NCBI GenBank assembly: GCA_030390025.1 | Contig: CM059425.1 | Coordinates: 165,542,001-165,606,000 of the forward strand | DNA length: 64,000 nucleotides | Direction: 5' to 3' | Origin: Squalus acanthias | Lineage: Eukaryota | Part shown: piece after piece, positions 50,783 through 63,345 of the stretch | Layout: every line of letters begins with the position of its first letter | Position numbering within the stretch: the first letter of the stretch is position 1 | Notes under the pieces: model-generated | Told to the model about the DNA's origin: nothing | Database searches by the model: none | The model's input: only the letters and a program-made list of their open reading frames with translations | Position numbers and translations under genes: made by a program

Positions 50783-53700
50783 GCAGGGCATTCTGGAGGG
50801 GGAGGGTGAACAGCCAGTTGTCGTGGTGCATATAGGTACCAACGATATAGGTAAAAAAACGGGATGAGGTCCTAAAAGCTGAATATAGGGAGTTAGGAGG
50901 TAAATTTAAAAATAGGACCTCAAAGGTAGTAATCTCAGGATTGCTACCAGTGCCACGTGCTAGTCAGAGTAGAAATAGAAGGGTATTTCAGATGAATACG
51001 TGGCTAGAGGAATGGTGCAAGGGGGAGGGATTCAAATTCCTGGGACATTGGAACCGGTTCTGGGGGAGGTGGGACCAGTACAAACTGGACGATCTGCACC
51101 TAGGCAGGACCGGGACCGATGTCCTAGGGGGAGTATTTGCTAGTGCTGTTGGGGAGGGTTTAAACTAAAATGGCAGGGGGTTGGGAACCTGTGCAGAGAG
51201 ACAGAGGAAAGGGGAGCAAGGATAGAAGTAAAAGAAAGGAAGGAGAAAAGCAAAAGTGGAAGGCCGAGAAATCAAGGGTGTAAATCAAACAGGACCACAG
51301 TAAATAATAACTCTAAAAGGACTAAGAGTGTTAAAAAAAACAAGCCTGAAAGCTTTGTGTCTTAATGCGAGGAGCATTCATAATAAGGTGGATGAATTAG
51401 CTACACAAATAGATGTAAACGGATATGATATAATTGGGATTACGGAGACATGGCTCCAGGGTGACCAAGGCTGGGAATTCAACATCCAGGGGTATTCAAT
51501 ATTCAGGAAGGACAGGCAAAAAGGAAAAGGAGGTGGGGTAGCATTGCTGGTTAAAGAGGAGATTAACACAATAGTAAGGAAGGATATTAGCTCTGATGAT
51601 GTGGAATCGGTATGGGTAGAGCTGAGAAATACCAAGGGACAGAAAACGTTAGTGGGAGTTGTATACAGACCCCCAAACAGTAATGCTGAGGTTGGGGATG
51701 GCATTAAACGGGAAATTAGAGACACGTGCAATAAGGGCACAGCAGTTATCGTGGGTGACTTTAATCTACATATAGATTGGGCTAACCAAATTAATAACAA
51801 TACTGTGGAGGAGGAATTCCAAGAGTGTATACGGGATGGTTTCCTGGACCAATATGTCGAGGAACCAACTAGAGATCAGGCCATCTTAGACTGGGTATTA
51901 TGTAATGAGAAAGGATTAATTAGCAATCTTGTTGTGCGAGGCCCCTTGGGGAGGAGCGATCATAATATGATAGAATTCTTCATTAAGATGGAGAGTGAAG
52001 TAGTTGACTCAGAGACTCAGGTCCTGAATTTAAATAAAGGAAACTACAATGGTATGAGGCGCAAGTTGGCTAGGATGGATTGGTGAGCGTTACTTAAAGG
52101 GTTGATGGTGGATAGGCAATGGCAAACATTTAAAGATCGCATGGATGAACTACAGAATGTTTTCATCCCTGTTTGGCATAAAAATAAAACAAAAAAAGGT
52201 GACTCAACCGTAGCTAACAAGGGAAATTAGGGATAGCATAAGATCCAAGGAGATGACATATAAATTGGCCAGAAAAAGCAGCAAGCCTGAGGATTGGAAG
52301 CAGTTTAGGATTCAGCAAAGGAGGACAAAGGGATTAATTAAGAGGGGGAAAATAGAATATGAGAGTAAGCTTTCAGGGAACATAAAAACTGACTGTAAAA
52401 GCTTCTATAGATTTGTGAAGAGAAAAAGATTGGTGAAGTCAAGCGTAGGTCCCTTGCAGTCAGAATCAGGGGAATTTATAATGGGGAACAAAGAAATGGC
52501 AGACCAATTAAATACATACTTTGGTTCTGTCTTCACAAAGGAGGACACAAATAACCTCCCAGAGATGTCGGGGAACATAGGGTCTAATGAGAGGGAGGAA
52601 TTGAATGAAATCAGTATTTGTAGGGAAATGGTGTTAGGGAAATTAACGGGATAGAAGGCCGATAAATCCCCAGGGCCTGATAATCTACATCCTAGGGTAC
52701 TTAAGGTAGTGGCCCTAGAAATAGTAGATGCATTGCTGGTCATCTTCCAAAATTCTATAGACTCTGGAACAGTTCCCATGGATTGGAGGGTAGCTAATGT
52801 AACCCCACTATTTAAAAAAGGTGGTAGAGAGAAAATGGGGAATTATAGACCGGTAAGCCTGACATCGGTAGTGGGGAAAATGCTAGAGTCCATTATAAAA
52901 GATGTAATAGCAGAGCACTTGGAAAACAGTGACAGGATCAGACAAAGTCAACATGGATTTACAAAAGGTAAATCATGCTTGACTAATCTACTGGAAATTT
53001 TTGAGGATGTAACTGGTAGAATAGATAAGGGAGAACCAGTGGATGTGGTGTATTTGGACTTTCAGAAGGTTTTTGATAAGGTCCCGCAGAAGAGATTAGC
53101 GTGCAAAGTTAAAGCACATGGGATTGGGGGGTAAGGTACTGACTTGGATAGAGAACTGGTTGGCAGACAGGAAGCAAAGAGTTGGAATAAATGGGTCTTT
53201 TTCCGAGTGGCAGGCAGTGACTAGTGGGGTACCGCAGGGATCGGTGCTAGGACCCCAGCTATTCACAATATATATTAATGATCTAGACGAGGGAACTAGA
53301 TGTAATATCTCCAAGTTTGCAGACGACACAAAGCTGGGTGGGCGGGTGTGCTGTGAGGAGGATGCAGAGAAACTCCAGTATGATTTGGACAGGTTGGGTG
53401 ATTGGGCAGATGCATGGCAGATGCAGTATAATGTGAATAAATGCGAGGTTATCCACTTTGGTGGCAAAAACAGGAAGACAGATTATTATCTGAATGGCAA
53501 TAGATTGGGAAAAGGGGAAGTGCAACGAGACCTGGCTGTCCTTGTGCACCAGTCACTGAAGGTAAACATACAGGTGCAGCAGACGGTTAAGAAGGCAAAT
53601 GGTATGTTGGCCTTCATAGCGAGAGGATTCGAGTACAGGAACAGGGATGTCCTGCTGCAGTTGTACAGGGCCTTGGTGAGACCACACCTTGAGTATTGTG

Positions 53701-54246
53701 TGCAGTTTTGGTCACCTTATCTGAGGAAGGATGTTCTTGCCATGGAGGGAGTGCAGCGAAGATTCACCAGACTGATACCTAGGAAAGCAGGAATGACGTA
53801 TGAAGAGAGATTGGGTCGATTAGGCTTATATTTGCTAGAGTTTAGAAGAATGAGAGGGGATCTCATTGAAACTTATAAAATTCTAACAGGACTAGACAGA
53901 CTAGATGCAGGAAGGATGTTCCCGATGGCGGGGGAGTCCAGAACCAGGGGTCACAGTCTAAGGATAAGGGGTAAGCCATTTAGGACTGAGATGAGGAATT
54001 TCTTCACCCAGAGAGTGGTGAACCTGTGGAATTCTCTACCACAGAAGGCAGTAGAGGCCAATTCATTAAATATATTCAAGAAGGAGTTAGATATATTTCT
54101 TAAGGCTAAAGGGATCAAGGGATATGGGGAGAAGGCAGGTACAGGGTACTGAATTTGGATGATCAGCCATGATCTCATTAAATGGCGGAACAGGCTCGAA
54201 GGGCCGAATGGCCTACTCCTGCTCCTATCTTCTATGTTTCTATGTT
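50783..54246 (+). mobile_element. Near-full-length CR1 LINE (family A): ORF1 SGNH-esterase C-terminus + ORF2 EN/RT with a few stops and frameshifts
   Basis: VVHIGTND and DDLHL (ORF1); ORFs 51328..52086 (LNARS, ETWL, YRPP, GDFN, SDH), 52253.., 52709.., 53118..54152 ([12 protein letters not shown]); (TTCTATGT)n tail; TSD TAATAT (50777-50782, 54247-54252). Confidence 0.96.
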
Positions 54247-54539
54247 TAATATCTCAGAAGTGAGATAACCAAAATGGATTCCATGAGTGCACGAGTCAGG
54301 CAATATCACCAAGACTGTGTTGTCACTACACTGATTAAAGTCCAGGGTATGGGGTTATTGGAAATGAATTGAGTCTGCCTATAGTACCCATGATGTGATT
54401 CATGAACTTATTTTTAAAAGTGTGCTATTACATTTTCGATTGCTGAGATGCAATTTGATCGAATTAAATGAAAACATTAACTAAAACCTTTAAGGTGAAA
54501 ACAGCATTCTGCATTCTATTACTCTTAACTTAACTAAAC

Positions 54540-55085
54540 GACACCGCTCAACAATCGCCAGGCAGGAGGGTTCCCTCCCAGTCGGGGAACACTTCAGCAG
54601 CCAGGGGCATTCAGCCTCGGATCTGCGGGTAAGCGTTCTCCAAGGCGGCCTTCGGGATACACGACAGCGCAAAATCATAGAGCAGAAACTGATAGCCAAG
54701 TTCCGCACTCATGAGGATGGCCTCAATCGCGATATCGGGTTCATGTCACGATACAGAACGTGACTTGACATCATGGCCGGTCTTCCCAGGTGTTTTTTTT
54801 TAAAAAGACTAACACAAGAACCAACACAAATTGACAGGATATGCAGCCAGCAGGTGGTTTGACACGTTGGACCCCCTGGGACACATCTCATTGTCTTGGC
54901 TGTGCTCTTAGTGTGTCTTTGATGTAGGGAAAGATTTGAATAGATTTTGTCTGTGTTTAAATTGTGAATTCTGGGAGATTCTCTCACTGCTAACTTACCT
55001 GAGGAAGGAGCGACAGCTCCGAAAGCTTGTAAAATTAAATAAATCTGTTGGACTATAACCTGGTGTTGTGCGACTTCTCATTTTT
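54540..55085 (+). mobile_element. Penelope-like element 3' fragment (GIY-YIG endonuclease C-terminus + 3' UTR)
   Basis: Encodes HRSTIARQEGSLPVGEHFSSQGHSASDLRVSVLQGGLRDTRQRKIIEQKLIAKFRTHEDGLNRD (H..PV.EHF, E, GLN motifs); TSD TTAACTAAAC (54530-54539, 55086-55095). Confidence 0.9.
54995..55032 (+). ncRNA. Minimal type I hammerhead ribozyme (PLE-associated)
   Basis: TTAC-CTGAGGA-A-GGAGC-GACA-GCTCC-GAAAGCTT-GTAA: core boxes CUGANGA and GAAA, stem II GGAGC/GCUCC, stem I UUAC/GUAA, palindromic AGCU in place of stem III. Confidence 0.75.
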
Positions 55086-57574
55086 TTAACTAAACTAGCT
55101 ATAGGTTGAAAAAATATTGGCCATGACACAAGTATTCTTGGCTTAATTTTATTTATGGGAAATTACTTTCTACAATGTGCAGTGAGTTAGGCATAGGGGC
55201 TCACACAGTCTATGCTGGCCCTTGACTTTGTGTACCAAAGTTCTCATGAAATGTGGTTCCTATATCTCATACATATCAGCCAGATTGTTGCAACGTAATG
55301 GGTGTGAAATTTTATTTTGTTTCTATTCCCTCTTGAATATTTATGTAATATGCTGAGATAATAATTCAGAGCCATGATGCCCCATTTATTTTTATTTTTA
55401 CTGTTTTATTGACCTTCTCTGTAGCTGTATTTGGCATTGTAGCATCGATATGTGTTGTGTTTTGTGATCAGAATACCTAACAAAGTTATTTTAATGTACT
55501 TTATTTGAAAATCTTCCACATATCGTTTTTGTTCTAGAAAGGAGTAGGATTTTACAAGAGGGGTTCCCAAGGACTTTTGTTTTACTGATATCACTTGCCT
55601 TGTAAAATGTACCAAAATACAGCGACTTAGTGAAACTGAAACATTGCTTCCATTTGCTTGCATGTTATTGCTGTCAGTGCACACCACGTCCAGTACATAT
55701 ACAGGTCATAAAAGGTCTTGGCTTACAGCTGAATAGTTACCTGCAACATAATGTACAAAAGATAGTGGAATATAAGTTCAACGACCAGTCCATTTCAATA
55801 AGATTTGTTATTCGGTTTTCTGCTATTAGCCATTTGTTCTTTTTCGAAAAGCAGCCAACCATGTCCTTTCATGGCAGCATTGATTTTGGAGCAAAATAAG
55901 TAATCGTTGTGCCTGATTGCTTGTATCTAGCCATCAGTCAGCTCGAGAACTAGACTGTGACTGAAATAAAAACCTATTCACCATTATATTCAGTATTGTA
56001 TCCTTGTTCTTTGAAGATCATAGCATTGCTCTATTACTTCTTATTTTAGAATGTATTTCTTTACATGAATTTCTTGTTCCAAGCACTATATTTAATGGGA
56101 ATTGTGAACAACCAAGGGGCAGTATTATAGAAGAATTACTTTGCAAAACAAAATCCCAATATTACCCCAGCACATTTGATAAAGCAAAAATTATAGCCTA
56201 CATGCTCATCTTAAAACACATTGTGCCAGTGGACACATGTGCTTCATTTTTCAATTAGGGAAATATTACTTTAATGAAAACTAAAACAGATTTGCAGACT
56301 GATACTGTTGAAGAAGACTGTCCTGTGGTTATGAAATATTCAGACATTAAGGTACCCTCAAACATATTATAGTGTGCATTTATAGTTTGTTGATAATGAA
56401 AAACAGTGCCTTAATCAGGCTTGACTAATTCCAATCCCTGGTCAATTTGTTATTGTAGTTTATCCTTTTGTTATTATAATATGTCCTTTTATCCTAATAA
56501 CTAATAAGGGATATCTTGAGCACGGAATGCTAATGTAGATTCTAATATTTAGGCTGGAACTATGCCAGGCTGGCAAGCTGTTAAAGGCCACTATCACAGT
56601 AATTCTGAGTGATAATTGGCTTTTAATTGTTTCTTTACAAGCAATTTAACTTTCACAGTCACCAAGTACTAGTTAATGGCTTGCTGAAGCAGCCTGTGGA
56701 GGAGTCATTTTAAGACATCCCAGTGACCTCAGAAATAAAATAAAATGATCTGCTCTCCACAGGTGGCTAATCTTTCAATGTGCCTGACTCCCACTATGAG
56801 GTCGTTCAGAGGTTGTAAAGACTGCTTTCTGTAAGCCATATGGTTTTGACAATAAATAGGAAGGATTTTCTTCACCACGGAGCTCAGATGGCGGCTAATT
56901 TGGAAGCAGCATACTGCCTAATTGGCACCTGTCGAGAGACCAACACTTCTTGCAGGCATTCATTACTTGCCTGTAATTGGGGGAATTTTGTGCAGCATTT
57001 GTGTTATTGTTGTAAGATGCAGTGTCACTTTCCTAATGATCTACTTGTCAATTTTATAAATTCAAAATCAGCCAACCAGTGCACATAGTGCTGATTAGGA
57101 GCTGGGGCATCGCTGAATAGATTACTAAAAAAAAAACTTAAATGCCCTTTTGAATGACAATGAATCCAAATGAATAAACTATAATTACAGAATTTCAAAA
57201 AATATATGATTATGCTGTTACAATTTTCTGTATCAAATATTCAGAAAGGGAATAATAACAGTAACCTTTGTGTGAATTGTTGAAAACATTTTTGTGTTCA
57301 TTATCTGGAAAATATGAGTATTCTTACAGGAGACAGATTCATGCTCATATGGATCTAATGATTAAAATGAACAAATACTCTATGGAACACAATGGTACAC
57401 TGGTTCCTGTGCTGTTGGGCGGGGTGGGGGGGGTTACTGTTGTCTGTGGAGGACAAGAGGCCAAGGTTTAATAGAGAAATGTACAGAGGCATGAATATCC
57501 TGGAGTTTGGCTTGATTACATTTAGAGATCAGGGAGTATTTATGCAGAACTTTATTTCAGGAGATTAAATAGAA

Positions 57575-58080
57575 TTACATAGAAATTACAATATGGAAAC
57601 AGGCTGCTTGGAAAGCGTTTATCCTTCATATGAGCAGTAGGCCGAATCCCATGCACCTGTCATATTCCCATATCCCTTTATTCCCCTTTCCTTCAACCAC
57701 TTATCTAAACTATTCTTAAATGTTGAGATTGTCTCTCCTTCAATCACTAACTCCAGTAGTACATTCCACAGCCTTACAACGCTGCGTACAAATGGTTCTC
57801 CTGCTTTTTGTCTTAAATCTTACATTTAATCTTATATCTATGTCCCTTTGTTCTAGACTGCAAACCGTCTGTCACTATCTACCCTGTTCCATTCATCATA
57901 ATTTTAAATATCTCTAGCAAATGACCCTATAATCTCCACTGTTCTAACAAAAACAACTCCAGCCATTTTCCTGTTGGCGAGTCTACAATAGGATAGCTTG
58001 TACATGGTTTGCGAAAGGAGTGATCTTGATGAGCTGAATGGCCTTCATGCCATTCTAGTCCCATGCTTTCTTATGTTCTT
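57575..58080. mobile_element. Old CR1 3' remnants
   Basis: acatagaaattaca tail, ccatatccctttattcccc...ttatctaaactattcttaaatg (minus strand) and gagctgaatggcctt...ttcttatgttctta (plus strand). Confidence 0.55.
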
Positions 58081-59774
58081 AGTACTTCTCATTTGTATGG
58101 AAAAACATTTTCAAGCAAACTAATTATTTCTCCATATTTATAGTTTTTGCACAATTTTTGTCCACAGACCAGAAACCTTTTGTGACTGAGGCACAGCATT
58201 GCCTTTTAGTGTTTATTTGGGGTCGGGGGGGGGGGGGTAGTATTTTAGTCATTTTTTTGGTTACTTAAACTATCTAGGTTTTATTGGTAGAGTTTATTTT
58301 TTTATTTTGTTAAAAGATGCAGAATTGGAGCAAAATTGCATAACATATTGCATCTATCAAAGATAAATCAGAAAGAAAGAACATTCAATGCTTTAAATAT
58401 ACTGTTCACAACATTTTCATCAAATGGGAAAATACAGGCCTCACAAGTAACACTCACTGTTTTGAAAATTAGAAATGTTTAAGTAGTGTTTTTCTTGGTA
58501 GAGTGTCTGGTTTCTGGATATCCTTGACAGGAGGAGTACTGCCAAGAAATACTCCAGTGGTCTTGAGGAACATTTGCTTTCCATCATCCCACGATCTTGT
58601 ACCTCAATATATTCTGTTCCAGGAAGATGATACCAGTGACTTGCTGTAAAAAGTATAATAATGTATCTTCTGTACTGTGTGGGTCTTAGTCCAGCTTACA
58701 ACCCTAGTGAATATTCAGTGAGATAAACTGCAGAGATACACAGATTCCAGACGGCCCTCATCTAATGCAGGAGAAATTGTGTAATATGTATAAAATGAAT
58801 GTTGGCTTCACATCAGAGTTAAACTGGTGGTAAAAGCATAAGGCTGAAGTTCTTTGACTATACAAGGACAAAAATGTAATACATAGAAGTATGGTAGTTC
58901 AGTCCTTGATCGAAAGCACTGCATATGTAAATAAACTTTTGAAACTGAGCACTGAGTTAGCACAAACTGTTAAGCCATAAGTGCATCAAACATTAAGGTG
59001 ACATTTTAAGGCTGGTAAAACTGTCACAATAAGATTCATTACATTAGATATAGACTTACCAGATGTCATTGCCTATTTGCTGATTGATCCATTACCTTTA
59101 CTTAATAGCATCACAACAGTAAGTTTTTGCATTTTTTAATATTGACATTTTTTCATAAGTTTGTCATTTTTTTTGAGAGCATGCAAGGCAAAGCAGACAA
59201 TCAAAGACATTACAGTTAAACATTGAAACAAGTGCAGCTAATTTTCTATGCTGTAGGGAAGGGGGCTCCTCACCCAGTGAGTTCCATACCTCAACTGAGC
59301 TATCTGAGGAAGGTGCCATGTGATGATGAGACACTTCGCACAAAAGGGAAGGAAATCTAGGGGAAAGTCCACTATTTCACACCTCCTAGTGGCTGGTTAA
59401 AGAACTGCATGCATGGACATTGTACATTCTCGCGTGCAGAAAAATAAACAAAAAACTGGAAGGGGTCAAAAGAAAAGAAAGAAAGACAATGTATTCCAGT
59501 CAAAGTTTAAACTTGAACAAGACATATTCTTTGATATCCTGTAGGACATACCTATTTCCAAAGTGACCACATATGTTACAGATGTTACAATCATTCAAAA
59601 CATTGGGCAGCAGTTGTCAGATAGAGAAGTATTGGCCATTTCTCCTCTTAATTAATCACCTTAATTATTCTAACAATGTATCCTTTATATGGAGGGCCTC
59701 CTTTTTAGATGTTAACTATCTGATCATGAATTTTTCATGGTGCCTGTTTCATTGCATAGCTTAGATTTTAATAT

Positions 59775-60502
59775 TTTTTTTATTCGTTCATGGGATGTGG
59801 GCGTCGCTAGCAAAGCCAGCATTTATTGCCCATCCCTAGTTGCCCTTGAGAAGGTGGTGGTGAGCTGCCTTCTTGAACTGCTGCAGTTCGTGTGGTGAAG
59901 GTACTCCCACAGTGCTGTAGGGAGCGAGTTCCAGGCTTTTGACACAGCGACGATGAAGGAATGGTGATATACTTCCAAGTCAGGATGGTGTGTAACTTGG
60001 AGGGGAACTTGGAGGTGGTGGTGTTCCCATGTGCCTGCTGCCCTTGTCCTTCTAGGTGATAGAGGTCACAGGTTTGGGAGGTGCTGCCGAAGAAGCCTTG
60101 GCGAGTTACTGCAGTGTATCTTGTAGATGGTACACACTGCAGCCACGGTACGCCGGTGGTGGAGGGAGTGAAGGTATAAGGTGGTGGATGGGGTGCCAAT
60201 CAAGCGGGCTGCATTGTCTTGGATGGTGTCGAGCTTCTTGAGTGTTGTTGGAGCTGCACTCATCCAGGCAAGTGGAGAGTATTCCATCACACTCCTTACT
60301 TGTGCCTTGTAGATGGTGGAAAGGCTTTGGGGAGTCAGGAGGTGAGACACTCGCTGCAGAATACCCAGCCTCTGACCTGCTCTTGTTGCCACAGTATTTA
60401 TGTGGCTGGTCCAGTTAAGTTTCTGGTCAATGGTGACACCCAGGATATTGATGGTGGGGGATTCAGCAGTGGTAATGCCATAGAATGTCAAGGGCCGGTG
60501 GT
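59775..60502 (-). mobile_element. CR1-group LINE (family B) 3' fragment
   Basis: ORF 60066..60512 (ILGVTIDQKLNW, YKAQVRSVMEYS); near-identical to 61.6-62.4 kb; A-rich tail. Confidence 0.92.
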
Positions 60503-61570
60503 TAATATTCAATTAGATGACCTTATTTTCATACATTTAAAGCCAGTTTAAGTTGTTATAATACATACTTATCATTAATATCAATTTACCATAATTTCCA
60601 GCTTTTTTAGCAGATTAAATACCGTTTAACTTTGCACAGTAAGCCGATCAGAAATGCTTGTTAATGTGATATGAATGTTCCAAGACTAATTTGGAAATAA
60701 AAAGCAAACAGGATAATACAATATTGATATGTAATCTACAAAGATTTTTGTTGTCATAATGAGGGCCTTATTGCAGAATAACACCCTTTTACATAAACAA
60801 AGAGAATGAGCAAGGATGTTATTTTTATTGGGTTTCACCTTAACAATTTGTCACTCAAAACCATTCTGGATATTGGAGTGGTTAATTCCTTCAAATAGCA
60901 ACATTTCTCAAAACCCTTAAAACAGTTAAAATATTAAGTGAAATTACAACTTCATTGTGTTAAAACACTCTCTTTTGCCTTGAGATCCATGTTAATTCAT
61001 TCCCGACTCATGCAGTGATGGTGTCCTTTCTTTAATTTGTTTGGGCAATCTCAATTTTGGTTTCTCGTAAGTTTGTTTGCTTATATGTATTTCAATAGTT
61101 ATTATATGCACTACAGTGCTGGCAACAATTGGTAGGAAGAAATAGGCCTAGATATTCGGCCGCTAATATGGTGGGCAGGAAGCACACACTCATTACGAGC
61201 CAGAAGTGCGCTGTCCACAATATTGGTAAAGGCCAAAAAATCGGCATGCAGTGCACAATAACAAACCTAATGCTTGTTTGAGGTCCCCACTGTAAGATTG
61301 GTTTGCCCTGAGCAGCCAGTGCCAGCAACCTACAAGATACATTTTTGAAATGTACTTGCCTGAATATGGAGCCAGGAGGAGTTCTCTCCAACCCAGCCAC
61401 CGCTACCACCGCCTGATCACCCACCCTTCCAGGCCTGGTCACCACCCGGTCACCTGGTTTGCCCCCCCTTTCTCACTTAGCAGAGGACCACGGCTAGCAT
61501 TACAGCCCAATCTTCAAACACACTTCGCTGGTGAGCTCCTTGTTACTGTCCGCAGCTCGCTAGCCGATGG

Positions 61571-63345
61571 TTTTTTAATTTGTTTATGGGATGTGGGCAT
61601 CACTGGCAAGGCCAGCATTTATTGCCCATTCCTAATTGCCCTTGAGAATGTGGTGGTGAGCTGCCTTCTTGAACTGCTGCAGTCCGTATGGTGAAGGTAC
61701 TCCCACAGTGCTGTTAGAGAGGGAGTTCCAGGATTTTGACCCAGCGACGATGAAGGATCGGCGATATAGTTCTAAGTCAGGATGGTGTGTGACTTGGAGG
61801 GGAACTTGGAGGTGGTGGTGTTCCCATGTACCTGCTGCCCTTATCCTTCTAGGTGGAACAGGTCGCGGGTTTGGAAGGTGCTGCCGAAGAAGCCTTGGCG
61901 AGTTGCTGCAGAGCATCTTGTAGATGGTACACACTGCAGCCACGGTACGCTAAAGGGATCAAGGGATATGGGGAGAAAGCAGGGACAGGGTTCTGAATTT
62001 GGATGATCAGCCATGATCGCATTGAATGGCGGAGCAGGCTAGAGGGGCCGAATGGCCTACTCCTGCTCCTATCTTCTATGTTTCTATGTTTCTATTGAGG
62101 GAGTGAATGTTTAAGGTGGTGGATGGGGTGCCAATCAAGCGGGCTGCTTTGTCCTGGATGGTGTTGAGATTCTTGAGTGTTGTTGGAGCTGCGCTCATCC
62201 AGGCAAGTGAAGAATATTCCATCACACTCCTTACTTGTGCCTTGTAGATGGTGGAAAGGCTTTGGGGAGTCAGGAGGTGAAACACTCGCCGCAGAATACC
62301 TAGCCTCTGACCTGCTCTTGTTGTCACAGTATTTATGTGGTTGGTCCAGTTAAGTTTCTGGTCAATGGTGACCCCCAGGATATTGATGGTGGGGGATTCG
62401 GCAATGGTAATGCCGTTGAATGTCAAGGGGCGGTGGTTAGACTCTTGCTTGTTGGAGATAGTCATCGCCTGGCACTTCTGTGGTGTGAATGCTAGCTGCC
62501 ACTTATCAGCCCAAGCCTGAATGTCGTCCAGGTCTTGTTGCATGCGGGCATAGACTGCTTCATTATCTGAGGAGTTGCAAATGGCACTGAACACTGTGCA
62601 ATCATCAGCGAACATCCCCACTTCTGACCTTATGATGGAGGGAAGGTCATCGATGAAGCAGCTGAAGATGTTTGGGCCTAGGAAACTGCCGTGAGAAAGT
62701 CCTGCAGCGATGTCCTGGAGCTGTGATGATTGACCTTCAATCACCACAACCATCTTCCTTTGTGCTAGGTATGACTCCAGCCAGTGGAGAGTTTCCCCCC
62801 TGATTCCCATTGACCTCAGTTTTACTAGGGCTCCTTGATGCCAGACTTGGTCAAATGCTGCCTTGATGTCAAGGGCTGTCACTCACACCTCACCTCTGGA
62901 ATTCAGCTCCTTTGTCCATGTTTGGACCAAGGCTGTAATGAGGTCGGGAGCCGAGTGGTCCTGGCGGAACCCAAACTGGGCATCAGTGAGCAGGTTATTA
63001 GTGAGTAAGTGCCGTTTGATAGCACTGTCGACGACACCTTCCATCACTTTGCTGATGATTGAGAGTAGACTGATGGGACAGTAATTGACCGGATTGGATT
63101 TGTCCTGCTTTTTGTGGACAGGACATACCTGGGCAGTTTTCCACATTGTCGGATAGATGCCAGTGTTATAGCTGTACTGGAACAGCTTGTCTAGAGGTGC
63201 GGCTAGTTCTGGTGCACAAGTCTTCAGCACGACAGCCGGGATGTTGTCGGGGCCCATAGCCTTTGCTGTATCCAGTGCGCTCAGCCGTTTCTTGCTACCA
63301 TGTGGCGTGATTCGAATTGGCTGAAGACTGGCTTCGGTGATGAGG
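61571..63345 (-). mobile_element. CR1-group LINE (family B), RT region
   Basis: ORFs 62883..63257 (GPDNIP..LKTCAPEL, QFGFR), 62076..62882 (ALDIKAAFD, FADD) and 61632..61943. Confidence 0.93.
61949..62096 (+). mobile_element. Short CR1 family A 3' end nested in the family B LINE
   Basis: Matches 54104-54246 including the TTCTATGT tail; interrupts a sequence that is contiguous at 60140-60170. Confidence 0.9.
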
